DNA of 38,671 bases, taken from NCBI GenBank assembly GCA_038087875.1, contig JAXLNO010000062.1, positions 372,001-410,671 of the forward strand. Direction: 5' to 3'. Within the stretch, counting starts at the first letter, position 1, and each line of letters opens with the position of its first letter. The position numbers and the translations under genes are program-made. Under the pieces are notes generated by a model. It was given only the letters and a program-made list of their open reading frames with translations. It was not told where the DNA came from and ran no database searches. The stretch comes from Malacoraja senta (Eukaryota). Below, piece by piece: positions 11,040 to 22,900 of the stretch.

Positions 11040-11650
11040 TTCTGCCGTGCCGGTGGCGGGACTCGAACCGGCGACTCACCGTCCGGGCGACAGCCCAATC
11101 TCCTGCCCTCACAGCCCCGCCCCCTCTGACGCGCGTCTCGGGGCTCCTCAGACTCCGCCAACTGGCCCCGCCCTCCCCACGATGATCCCTCCGACTGGCC
11201 CCTCCCTCCCCACGATCGCACCTCCCACTGGCCCCTCCCCACACGCTGGCCCCTCTCTCCCCACGCTCTCCCTGCCATCCCACGTTGGCCCCGCCCGACA
11301 CTAGCGACGTCACCACGCTGGCCCCGTCCCACACTAGTCTTTGGCCCCGCCCCCACGCTGGCCCCACCCTTCCACGCTCTACCTGCCATCCCACGCTGGC
11401 CCCGCCCCGCTCAGGCCCCGCCCTACACTAGTCCCGCCCCCACTCGGGCCCCGCCCCCACGCTGGTCCCTCCCTCCCTCTGGGCGCGCGCGGGCGGCTGC
11501 CTGTGTGTTGTCCGTTGGTTGCGGGCTGCGGGGTCGCGCCGCCATGGTGGAGGGACCGGGCTGAACGCGCGCTGAACGGGGAGCGGCTCCGTGGCCGCGT
11601 GAGGACCGGGCAGCGGGTGCGAGCGGTGAGGCACCGCGGGCGGGACTGGG
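11040..11650. promoter_or_regulatory. CpG island / probable bidirectional promoter upstream of NEIL3
   Basis: High CpG density, many GC boxes (CCCCGCCC) in short imperfect tandem repeats at 11115-11460, CCAAT at ~11095, Kozak GCCGCCATGG at 11538-11547, minus-strand donor CG|GTGAGT at 11080/11079. Confidence 0.75.
11544..11625 (+). pseudogene. NEIL3: NEIL3 exon 1 coding part (3' boundary uncertain)
   Basis: ATG GTG GAG GGA CCG GGC TG[AACG]C GCG CTG AAC GGG GAG = MVEGPGCALNGERLRGRVRTGQRVRA once the 4-bp insert is removed; candidate phase-0 donor GTGAGG at 11626. Confidence 0.85.
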
Positions 11651-12520
11651 AGTGTGAGGTGAAGGGAATGGGTGGGTGAGAGGAGGAGCAGGTGAGGGGT
11701 GGCTGGGGGGGGGGTGAGGGGAAAGGGGTGGGTGATGGGGAGAGGGTGAGGGGTGGTTGTGAGTTGGTGTGAGGGGAGTGGGTGAGGTTGAGGGGAGGGG
11801 GCGAGGGATGGATGGTGAGTAGTGAATGGTGGGGGTGAGGGTGGAATATGGGGTTGGTGGTGAAGGGTGAGGTGCATGCGGGGTGGATGGCGAGTGGGGA
11901 GGGGTTGAAGGGGGGGTGAGGTTGGTGAAGGGTGAGGTGCATGCGGGGTGGATGGCGAGTGGGGAGGGGGTGAAGGGGGGGTGAGGTTGGTGAAGGGTGA
12001 GGTGCATGCGGGGTGGATGGCGAGTGGGGAGGGGTTGAAGGGGGGGTGAGGTGAGGGGTAGGATGGTGAGGGACAGTGGGTGTGAGTTGGGGTTAGGTTG
12101 AGAGGAAGAGTATGGGGTGGGGCGTGATGGAGTGAGGGATGGAAATCTGGGCAAGGGGCGGCGTGAGGTGAGATGGTGAGGAGTGGATTGCAGGGGGTAG
12201 GGTGGGTATGAGCGGTGGCTGGTGAGGGGCAGTGGGGGAAGTATAGGGGAGGAGCGGGGTGAGGTGAGGGGCGGAGCGTCTGGTGGGGGTGAGGTGTAGG
12301 GGTTGGGTGGGGGTAGTGGGTGAGGTGAAGAGGAGGGGTGAGGTAAGGATGGGTGGATGGTGATGGGCAGATGACGCGGGTGAGGGTCGAGGTGGTGGTG
12401 GGAGTGAGAGCTGGATGGTTAGGGGCAGATGGTGAGAAGTGGAGAGGGTGTTGATGGTGAGGGTGGTGTGGGGGTGAGGTGAGATGGAGAGGTGGATGAT
12501 GTGGGGCAATGGTCACAGGT
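11650..12520 (+). repeat. G-rich low-complexity tract with three 65-bp tandem units (~11856-12052)
   Basis: GGTGCATGCG recurs at 11871, 11936 and 12001; strand strongly C-depleted, many GGG runs. Confidence 0.9.
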
Positions 12521-12930
12521 CTGAGAGGGGATTGAGTGACCAGGGAGGGCAGGAGTTGGGATGGAGCGTGTTAGGTGACCATTAAGCATAAGGGGAGGAA
12601 AATGGACAGAGGAAGCTTCTGCTCGGGACCCTCTTCAGACATTGATTCAGGAGGGTCCCGTAACGCTGTCTGTCCTGCAAAGCAGCAACTCTACTGCTGC
12701 GCCACCGTGTGGTCCCCTGAGTGAAAGTTGGCCTGCAGGGTGATGTATGAGGACAGAGACAACCTTGCCCTTCCCCCTGTAAGAGAGGAGGAGGCTACCC
12801 AGGGCCGTAAGGATGGTATGGGAAGGGGAGTTAAAATTATTAGCAATTATTAATAATTAATTAATTAGCAAAATTATTTGTGGTTGAAATGAGACAGAAG
12901 GTTGTCTTTATTGGATTTCTTTTTGACTTT

Positions 12931-13160
12931 ATGAATGAATAAGTTTATTGGCCAAGTATGCACATACAAGGAATTTGCCTTGGTGCTCTGCCCGCCAGTG
13001 ACAACATGACATACAGTGACAGTTAAGAATGATACATAAAACATTAAACATTAATAATAAAACATTATTGATTAAACATGTGAATTAAATAAAATACAAG
13101 GGCAAAAGGAGGCTACAGATTTTTGGTTATTGAGTAGAGCTACTACTCGTGGGGAAAAAG
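12931..13160 (-). mobile_element. Rex1-like 3'UTR fragment
   Basis: Minus strand ends the ORF as FFPRVVALLN-like, then 3'UTR with TACTTGGCCAATAAA and a (TTCA)n tail. Confidence 0.55.
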
Positions 13161-13420
13161 CACCACTTAAAACGCCACTTGATATCCACACTTTATTGCG
13201 CCACAAAAACGCCACTCTATATCACCACTTAAAATTGAAAACACAAGAATGTCTTCATTTTACAACAAGTATTTTGTTTGAACCTTGTATGTTTAAATGA
13301 CAATAAACGGCATTCTGATTCTGAAGTAATTCTTCAGTGGGCAGCATTTTCAGCAGGAGAAATGGTTTCATATCAAGACCCTTCCATCACAAGTTGCACT
13401 GTCTTTATCCTTTCCTTCAG

Positions 13421-13548
13421 ATTACTCGGCCAAATGGGCAATCTGGTGCCGGTCAGAATGCAATCCAGCTGCTGGAAGGCAAAGTATACACAGGTGTGAA
13501 GACATTAGGAAAGGAACTTTTCATGTATTTTGGACAAACTGCATTAAG
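13421..13548 (+). pseudogene. NEIL3: NEIL3 exon 2
   Basis: ttccttcag|ATT..TTA AG|gtactg; ITRPNGQSGAGQNAIQLLEGKVYTGVKTLGKELFMYFGQTALR with the conserved TLGKELFMYFG. Confidence 0.93.
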
Positions 13549-13811
13549 GTACTGTATTGTAATTTGCTTGAAACAAATAGAAAACAATAGACAATAGGTG
13601 CAGGAGAAGGCCATTCGGCCCTTCGACCCAGCACCGCCATTCAATTTGATCTATCACAGTGAGGAGGTGCCTGGTGAACTCAGTGTGGTGGATGTTAAAT
13701 TTGTGTTTATTGTGTGTTTTTGTTATTTTTATTATATGTATGACTGCAGGCACGAAATTTCATTCAGACCGAAAGGTCTGAATGACAATAAAGGATACTT
13801 TACTTTACTTT

Positions 13812-14900
13812 ACAGTCGCTGCCTCAAAAAGGCTGGCAGCATGATCAAGGACCCACACCATCTGGGCCATACACTCATCTCCCCACTACCTTCAGGTAGA
13901 AGGTACACGAGCCTGAAGACTGCAACGACCAGGTTCAGGAATAGCTACTTCCCCACTGCCATCAGGCTATCAAACTCGGCTCGGACAAAACTCTGAACAT
14001 TAATAGCCCATAATCTGTTTATTTGCACTTTAGCAGTTTATTTATTCATAGAAACATAGCAACATAGAAAATAGGTGCAGGAGTAGGCCATTCGGCCCTT
14101 CGAGCCTGCACCGCCATTCAATATGATCATGGCTGATCATCCAACTCAGTATCCTGTACCTGCTTTCTCTCCATACCCCCTGATCCCTTTAGCCACAAGG
14201 GCCACATCTAACTCCCTCTTAAATATAGCCAATGAACTGGCCTCAACTACCTTCTGTGGCATAGAATTCCAGAGATTCACCACTCTGTGTGAAAAATGTT
14301 TTCCTCATCTCGGTCCTAAAAGATTTCCCCCTTATCCTTAAATTGTGACCCCTTGTTCTGGACTTCCCCAACATCGGGAACAATCTTCCTGCATCTAGCC
14401 TGTCCAACCCCTTAAGAATTTTGTACGTTTCTATAAGATCCCCCCTCAATCTTCTAAATTCTAGCGAGTACAAACCGAGTCTATCCAGTCTTTCTTCATA
14501 TGAAAGTCCTGACATCCCAGGAATCAGTCTGGTGAACCTTCTCTGTACTCTCTGTACAGTATTAGCTGTGAGCATCCTCCTCACAGCTAATACTGCCCCT
14601 CAGCTTCGTGTCATCCGCAAACTTGGAGATGTTGCATTCAATTCCCTAGTCCAAATCATTAATATATATCGTAAATAGCTGGGGTCCCAGCACTGAGCCT
14701 TGCGGTACCCCACTAGTCACTGCCTGCCATTGTGAAATGGACCCGTTTACTCGGGTGTGTATATATTTATACAATGGTATATGGACACACTAATCTGTTC
14801 TGTAGTCATGCCTACCATGTTCTGGTGTGCTAAAGCAAAGCAAGAATTTCATTGTCCTATCAGGGACACATGACAATAAACTCTCTTGAACTCTTGATGT
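13812..14900. mobile_element. Rex1-like 3' end (+) interrupted by an internally deleted CR1 (-, ~14049-14752)
   Basis: IKDPHH..PLPSGRRY..RFRNSYFPTAIRL on plus; VQRRFTRLIPGMSGLSYEERL on minus; the Rex1 3'UTR resumes at ~14753. Confidence 0.8.
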
Positions 14901-14919
14901 GAGCTTTTGATCACATAGA

Positions 14920-15580
14920 GGCAAAATTGCTGGTGAAACTCAGCGGGGGAGGCAGCATCTATGGAGCGAAGGAATAGATCCTTCTCGACGCGAAACGTCA
15001 CCTATTCCTTCGCTCCATAGATGCTGCCTCACCTGCTGAGTTTCTCCAGCATTTTTGTCTACCTTAGATTTTTCCAGCATCTGCAGTTCTTTCTTAAACT
15101 TTTGATCACACATAATATTGTTGCATTCCTGAAACAACATTGGACGGGTATGAATGAGGTTTAGATCCAGCTTTGTTTTGGCTGATTATACAGGTGACCT
15201 GTCCTGAGCTTCCTGAAATGAACGTCTCACCACCAATGGCCATGCTCCAATGGCCATGCTCGAAGATGTTGTTCCTTTTCATCTCCTAAATTAAGAGATG
15301 TCCCAGATCAAATGTGGAAATGTAGAAATGGGAAGTAAAGCTGTCTATCTTTTGGACCATGTTTAAGAAGGAACTGCAGATGCTGGAAAATCGAAGGTAG
15401 ACAAAAGTGCTGGAGAAACTCAGCGGGTGCGGCAGCATCTATGGAGCGAACGAAATAGGAAGGTTTCGGTCTATTTCCTTCGGAGTCAAGAAGGGTTTAA
15501 GCCCGAAACGTTGCCTATTTCCTTCGCTCCATAGATGCTGCCTCACCCGCTGCGTTTCTCCAGCACTTTTGTCTACCTTT
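14920..15580. mobile_element. Two Penelope-derived fold-back (inverted repeat) elements (~14920-15095 and ~15365-15580)
   Basis: Arms GCTGGAGAAACTCAGCGGGTGCGGCAGCATCTATGGAGCGAA and the reverse complement flank a degenerate GAAGGG..CCCGAAACG core. Confidence 0.75.
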
Positions 15581-16237
15581 TATTTTTCGCACCAGATTGA
15601 CAGATTTGCTGGGCTATTGGATATTACTCTGATGATTACACCAAAGCACCTTGTTTCACTTTATTCAATATTTTGCTGCAGCACAATCATTTTTCTAAAG
15701 AACAAGTTGAATTTATGGGGAGCACAAAGAATGGGCCCTGATAAATTTAAAGGAAGTGTGGGGAACAAAAGCTGAAGCGATAAATGCTGAACCATTGGGA
15801 TTTTCAATCAACAAGCACAGATTATGGGAGTTTTAACATAAATGTTGACTATTTCTCAGTGATTTTCATATTTATTTAGTTAATGGGTCTTCCTCTTGCG
15901 TATGCCATGCACAGCCTAAAGTTGTAAGACAACTTGTTTTGTTTGATCTTCTGTTTGTGCACGCCAGGTTGATTGCATTGCTAACTGTAGATCCGACATT
16001 AATATTTGCTCAGTTACAGGCAACCTTTAACGGTTGAACTGATTGGGAAGGAGGAAAGAGGAAGAGATTTGTAAATCTAATTCATAATCTATTGAACACT
16101 ACGTACTCCAACTGAACGGCAAACTGTCTTGGTTGCATTAATGACTTCGGGCTTTGTTTTGTTTAGCACTATATTGGGTTTTTTAGTTATCTATTGAGTA
16201 CTGTGTTTACAAACCTGGTGTGCTGCTGCAAGTAAGA

Positions 16238-18552
16238 TTTTTTTTTGATTAAAAAAAATAAAATTATTAGAAGTACATTACATTACAACCAATTACACTA
16301 GTACTCATCACATATATATTATTACAATTAATGTACTCTGTTTATTTTCTACACTAATAAAGGGAAAGGATGAGATTGAAAGAAAGAAGAAAGTGAAAGT
16401 GTAAAAAACGTGACAAAAAAAAAACAAAACAAAAATAAAGAGTTGAGAAATAGACCCTAAAGAAGAAGAAAAAAGAGAAAGAGGGAAAAGAGAAAAACAA
16501 ATACTTTTTTATAAGCCTCCCGCAAATGGAACATACCAACTCTCCAACTTTCATCCTCCCTTACCTGACCTCGGTTTTTTTTTAGTACTTTTGCACCCTA
16601 TACTTGTAATAATTCTATGAATACAGACCACGTCAGGTGGAAGTGATCTGGTTTACCTGCCAGGAGGAGTCTTATCTCTTCTAAGTGTAGTGTTTTGAAC
16701 ATATTTGAAATCCACATGTTTATAGTTGGTATTCCAGAATTTTAGGATTAACTTTTTTCCAGTTATTAACCCATGGTCTATTAATTTCTTTTGGAACACA
16801 TTTAGTTCTGGACCATCTTCCGTTGTTCCGAAGATAATCCATTCTGCTTTGGGTATCAGTTTAATTTTAAATAATTTTGTAAACATTTCAAATATTTCAA
16901 TCCAAAATTTTTGAATTTTTATACAGAAGACAAATGAGTGCGCAATAGTAGCTTCTTGAGCTTGACATTTATCACAAATTGATGATACATTTGGGAATTT
17001 TTTATTGATTTTAGTTTTAGAATAATATAATATATGTAAAATTTTAAATTGTATTAAAGTATGTCTTACGTTAATCGAACATTTATGCACGTTTAATAAA
17101 TGTTCATTCCACCTTTCCTTTGAGATTTTAATAGCTAAATCTTGTTCCCAGTCTCTTCTAATACCTTCCGTAGATGGTATTTCTACATTTAAAATAATAT
17201 TATACAAATATGATATTAAGTTTGCTGAGTCAGCTTTTATCTGCATTGCTTCATCCAATACATCTGTTGAGGTATTATGATGATCTTTTATATATTTTTT
17301 CAAATAGTCACATATTTGAAAATATTTAAAATATTGATTATTTCCAAGTTTATATTTTATTTGTAATTGTTGGAATGATAGTAATTTTCCAGTTTCGTAC
17401 AAGTCACCGAACGTTTTAATTCCTAGTCTATCCCATTGTATGAAAGATTTGTCTGTAATAGAGGGATTAAATGAAGGGTTATTAATTATGGGAGATAAAA
17501 GCGATAAATTTCTTAATTTTAAATTTTGTTTTATTTGTTTCCAAGTTCTAATTGTGCTATGTATAATTGGGTTTTTGTTATAATTTATGTTATTCAGTTT
17601 CATTGGTGACAGAAGGATCGCTCCAATGTTTCCAGAGGGGCAGTCCTCTCTCTCCATTACAATCCAGTCCACTTGCTGGGCAGAGTTGTCCATCAGTTGA
17701 ATCATATTTTTTAATATTTACTGACCAATAGTAATACATGAAGTTAGGGAGTGCTAAGCCCCCTAATACTTTAGCTTTGTTCAAGTGTGTTCTTTGTATT
17801 CTATGTGATTTATAGTCCCATATAAAATTCATAATATCTGAATCCAGTTTTTTTTTAAACTTCTTTGGTAGGAATATAGGAATTGATTGAAATAGGTATA
17901 AAATTTGTGGTAAGAAAATCATTTTTATTGCGTTTATTCGGCCTATTAAAGACATCGGGAGCGTTTTCCAAAATTTAATTAGTGTATTTAATTTATTAAG
18001 TAAAGGATCAAAATTTGCTTTAAACATGCCTTGATATGTTCTGGTGATTTCGATTCCCAAGTATTTAAATTTTTCTGTAGCTATTTTAAAAGATGTGTTG
18101 AGTCTTTCGGTTTTATTGACATAATTTCACTTTTATTCCAATTTATTCTATATCCAGAAAAGGATCCAAAATCCTCGATTAGGTTTAATATATTTGGTAT
18201 AGTCATTTGGGGTTTTGTAATGTACAATAATATATCATCCACGTATAAAGATATTTTATTATTTGAATATTTAGTGTTATACCCATGGATATCTGGATGT
18301 GTTCTAATTTTTTCTGCTAACGGTTCAATTATGAGAGCGAATAACTGTGGTGATAATGAGCATCCTTGTCTATTTCCCCTTGATAGTTGAAATTTCGAGG
18401 ATAATATCTTATTAGTTAATATTCTAGCTGTAGGTTTATTATATAATAGTTTAATCCATAAAATAAAATTCTCTCCCAGTTGGAATTTTTGTAATACTTT
18501 ATCCATATAATTCCATTCTACTTGGTCAAATGCTTTTTCAGCGTCCAAGGAA
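16238..18552 (-). mobile_element. L1-clade LINE, 5'-truncated, with 10-bp TSD
   Basis: SLDAEKAFD, RGNRQGCSLSP.LF, LYVDD, KYLGI, GRINAIKM, GGLALPN, C-terminal CDKC..H....C; poly(A) at 16238-16246; GCAAGTAAGA at 16228-16237 and 18553-18562; stops and frameshifts. Confidence 0.92.
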
Positions 18553-18919
18553 GCAAGTAAGAATTTCATTGTTCCGTTTTGCTACATTTGACAATTAACC
18601 ATTTTTGACTTGACACTTGATAATCCATTTAAGTTTCATTTAAAGAGAGACATTTTACATTGAAGAGAGTGCTAGCTGCTAATAAAGTTGCTTAGCGGGC
18701 AATCAGAAATTATTTTATGCTAGAATATCTAGTGTATTCTTGTTGTGAAGTCATAATATTTATTGAACTTTTTCTTTTTTTTCCTGTTCCCCTGTTATGT
18801 ACTATGTTTACATATTCACATATTCTGTTGTGCTGCAGCAAGTAAGAATTTAATTGTCCCATCCGGGACATATGATAATAAAACACTCTTGACACTTGAC
18901 TCATGATATATCTTTGCAG

Positions 18920-19054
18920 GATACATTTTGGAATGAATGGTTCGATGCAAATCAATTCATCTGAAAGAAAGCGCAGCAGTGGAGCGGCAGGAAGTTTGCA
19001 AATTCAGCTTACCAATGATTTGATATGTTTCTTTGAATCCACGTTCAATATCAG
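18920..19054 (+). pseudogene. NEIL3: NEIL3 exon 3
   Basis: ctttgcag|G ATA CAT TTT GGA ATG..ATC AG|gtaaat, 135 bp; IHFGMNGSMQINSSERKRSSGAAGSLQIQLTNDLICFFESTFNIR (not in the supplied ORF track). Confidence 0.93.
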
Positions 19055-19914
19055 GTAAATAATTAGTTCATGTTCGGCTTTATTTTTATGCTTTCAGTTT
19101 TGTTCATGAAAATTTATTTTGCACAGATCCCTGATAAATGTGAGTTCATAATTTGCAAATTGTGTAAAACTATTACGTAAAACTGATTAATGATCAGCGT
19201 ACTCAGTCGGCCGAAGGGCTCGTTTCCATGCTTTATCTCTAAAATAAATTAAACTAAGAATCTTTCAACAAAAAACACAATTTTATTAATCTGTGTACAT
19301 AACATGCATTTTAAAGCCCAAAACGTTCCAAGAAAGTTGTGTCTATTTTAACATCTTTATTTGAAAGGCAACTCTCACAATGTGGTACTCCCTCAATACT
19401 GCATGGAATTAGGTCTGGATATCGTCACTAATTCCACAAGAGTACTAATCCTTGGAAGACTTCATGTTACAATATGCTTTTGAAAATTGAAATTCTATTC
19501 TGTTGTCTTTGTTTATTTATTTAGTTAGCTCAAAATTGCGAGAAATTCACTTTTTCACTTGTGTTTGTAGCTTTACACTGGATAAATTGTTAATAAATTA
19601 AGATCAATTTATTGGGACAGACAGCATCTGTGGAGGAAATGGACAGGCGATATTTTGGGTTGCGATTCTTCAGACCAATGTCTGAATTTGATTGGTTGAA
19701 AGATACCGCAATGGAAACGACCACCGAGTCCATGCCAACTAGTTCTAGGTTATCCCACTGCCGCATCCATTCCCTATGCACTTGGGGCAATTTACTGAGG
19801 CCAATGAACCTACAAACCCGCATGTCTTTGGGAAGCCTGTGAGGCAGCAGCTGCACCACTGTGTCACCATTCAATCGAAAGAAGGTTCCCAACCCAAAGT
19901 GCTGTCTGTCCCTT

Positions 19915-22900
19915 AAAGATCCCTTTAAGTTTGTGAAAAGCATTTTCACAAAAGAAAAAAGCGGATCCCTGAAAGCGTCAAAAAAGGAGGTTGAAGGACA
20001 CATCAGAACAATCCACACTGATGAGTTAAAAGATGAACCGATTTTTGTCCCCGCTGACATCCCACCAATCTCACCCCACAACATCAATTTGACATCAGCC
20101 CTCCCAAGCTGAGTGAGGTAAAAGAAATAGTGAGGAAGGCAAGAACGGCCTCTGCACCAGGCCCTAATGGTGTTCCGTATTGTGTCTACAAGAATGCCCC
20201 AGATATTCTGAAATTCTTCTACAGTAACATGAGGGTTGCGTGGGAAAAGGAAGTCATCCCCAAAGCCTGGTGAAGAGCAGGGGGAGTCCTGATCCCAAAA
20301 GAAAAAAATTCTTCCACCATCGAACAGCTTCGGCAAATAAACATTCTTAACATAGAGGGCAAGATCTTTTTCATTGTGGTGGCAAAAAGACTTACAAAGT
20401 ATCTGAAACAAAACCATTTCATTGATACGTGAATCCAAAAGGCTGGCATAGCATGCTTCTCGGGATGCCTTGAACATACCAGCAGCATATGGCATCAAAT
20501 CCAGGCTGCTAAGAAAGAACAAAAGAATCTGCATGTCTTGTTTGGAGTGCATACTGTCGTTGTGTCCTTGGGCAAGACACTTCACCCACCTTTGCCTGCG
20601 TGTGAATGTGTGTGAGTGATTGGTGGTGGTCGGAGGGGCCGTAGGCGCAGATTAGCAGCCACGCTTCCGTCAGTCTGCCCCAGGGCAGCTGTGGCTACAG
20701 AAGTAGCCCACCACCACCGAGTGTGACTGAGGAGTGAATGAATAATGCGATGTAAAGCGCCTTGAGTATTAGAAAGGCGCTATATAAATCCCATCCATTA
20801 TTATTGTTCCTCGATCTGGCCAACGCCTATGGATCAGTTCCTCATTCGCTACTGTGGACTGCTTTTGATTTCTTTCAGGTGCCTGCAATAATAACACATC
20901 TGGTAAAAAAACTACTTCCAGGATCTGCAATTTTGTCTCGCAACATCAGACTTTACCACAGCGTGGCAACCACTGGAAGTAGGCATCATGGCGGGGTGCA
21001 CCATCTCCCCATTGACCTTCACTATGGAAATGGAGCTCATTATTAGAGCATCAAAATGGGTTGTGGGAGGAAAACGGCTACAGTGTGGTCAGCGATTGCC
21101 ACCGGTACGAGCCTATATGGACGATATAACAACACTAACAACAACTATCCCCAGCATCAAGAGACTTCTGGATAAACATCATCAAAACATCACATGAGCA
21201 AGGATGAAGATTAAACCCAGCAAGTGCAGAAGCATCTCCATTGTCAAAGGTCAAGTCAAGGATCAAAGATTTCATATTAACGGAATACCTGTTCCAACTG
21301 TTTCAGAAATGCCAGTGAAGAGTTTGGGCCAATTGAGATCTTTTTTTTGTTTAGTTTACAGTTACTTGCTCCCTTTGCCAAGCACCTGGATCACTAAGGC
21401 ACATTTTAACAGGATGCACTATGAGCCTCGGCCAAGGGCATTACACTTGGCGGCATAACCAAGTTCTCAGACAGCTGGCATCAATCCTTGAACAGAGGCG
21501 AACGATCACAAATGCTTCCCCACCAACATCGGCAGGAAATGTCCACTTCACAGCATTTGTACCAGCAGGCCAACCTCCAGAGCACCAGATAACATCAATG
21601 GATGCAAGCACTCTGCAGCCTGCTCGGGATTGGCAAATGGAAGTGGACTTAGAAAAAAGGCTTGTGTTTCCCCCAGACATTGTGGTTACAGCAACTCGTC
21701 CAGACATGGTCCTGTGGTCCACAACAGCCAAGTTGGCATATGTTGTGGAATTGACAGTTCCATGGGAAGATGGTGTTGAAGAAGCTTATGAGAGGAAAAA
21801 GACCAAGTACTCTGAACTGGCAACTGAAGCTTCCCAGAATGGCTGGAAGACCAAGATTTTCCCTGTTGAAGGGGATTTGTTGCTACATCTATGACCAGGC
21901 TATTAAAGAAAATGGGGGGTGAGGGGTCGCTCCCTCCAACAAGCAATCAAATCATTATCAAATTCTGCAGAAAAAAGCAGCAATTGGATATGGATCAAAA
22001 AGAGAGACAACAATTGGGCTGCCAGATGAATACAGGAGGATATGGAATTGAGGGGGGTGTAACTGGGATGCCAGGTATCTCCGTTGAGCCCTCTGGAGAC
22101 GTTGTGGGTTTATCAATGAAACATCAAAGAAGGAGGGTGCCCACCTGATGACCCCGATGACGTACCTACCCTACCTTTCACCACTCCAATCCCACTGCAA
22201 ATAGCAAGAGTGCCGAATTATTACATGGATTGAAACATCAAGTCCTATTAGCTCTACTAACCTTCTGGAGGAAAAAACAGTGACTGCTGTGAAAGTGCAG
22301 CTGATGACAAGGGAAAGACCGTGTGAAAGCTTGGAGAGACAGCTGACAGGAGAAAATAGACCCCAACGGGGCTGTTATGGGCTAGCTACCCATAACAGCT
22401 GGCTAAGTCACCTTGTTGAGGCACAAGAGCCACCCTCACTTGGCTACAAAAAGTTCAAAGAGAAGAATACCCCCAGAATCTGCGAGATCGGGGGCGCAAG
22501 ATGACTCATCGACTGACCACCCGGTAACACACCTTGGAACGGTTCGACATTGAATCAGGTAAGTGGCAAAACTCTTGAAAAACGAGCAGCTGGACACGTT
22601 CTTCAGTCCTGTAGGTGTGGCTGGACTAAAGTAACATCAACTCGTGGTCTCAAAATTCATCAGGGACGGAAAAAATGCTTGAAAAACCCCAACCCAGGGC
22701 CCCGCATTGACCAGATTCTGTCAAGAAACTCAGCGGCAGGAAGAAATCCACAGTCCGCAGAGCATCAGCACCCTACGGGATGTGGCAGAAGTTTCAGGCA
22801 ACAGTCCAAGACGCAACCAGGCACATCGTAAAGTGGAGAACATGCAAGGACGTAAGCCGTTGGTGAAATGGCCAAAGTCCAACAGCAAGGAGTGGGAAAT

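Noticed and set aside
11048..11120. tRNA gene
   Set aside because: Only a T-arm/B-box-like piece; no D-arm, anticodon arm or 5' acceptor strand
11562..11564. TGA at the position of conserved NEIL3 Cys7, suggesting selenocysteine
   Set aside because: The TGA is created by a 4-bp insertion and the downstream NEIL3 sequence is in another frame, so read-through would not give NEIL3
11341..11679. TTG-started ORF in frame with the rest of NEIL3 exon 1 as a rescue isoform
   Set aside because: Non-ATG start in low-complexity GC repeats; it lacks the MVEGPG catalytic N-terminus, and exon 4 is missing anyway
11379..12516. Long Pro/His-rich minus-strand ORFs (up to 362 aa)
   Set aside because: Open in all three frames because the C-rich low-complexity strand lacks stop codons
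19590..20585. 331-aa minus-strand ORF (and the similar one at 23206-23700)
   Set aside because: Antisense shadow of the Hero RT that runs across unrelated SINE boundaries
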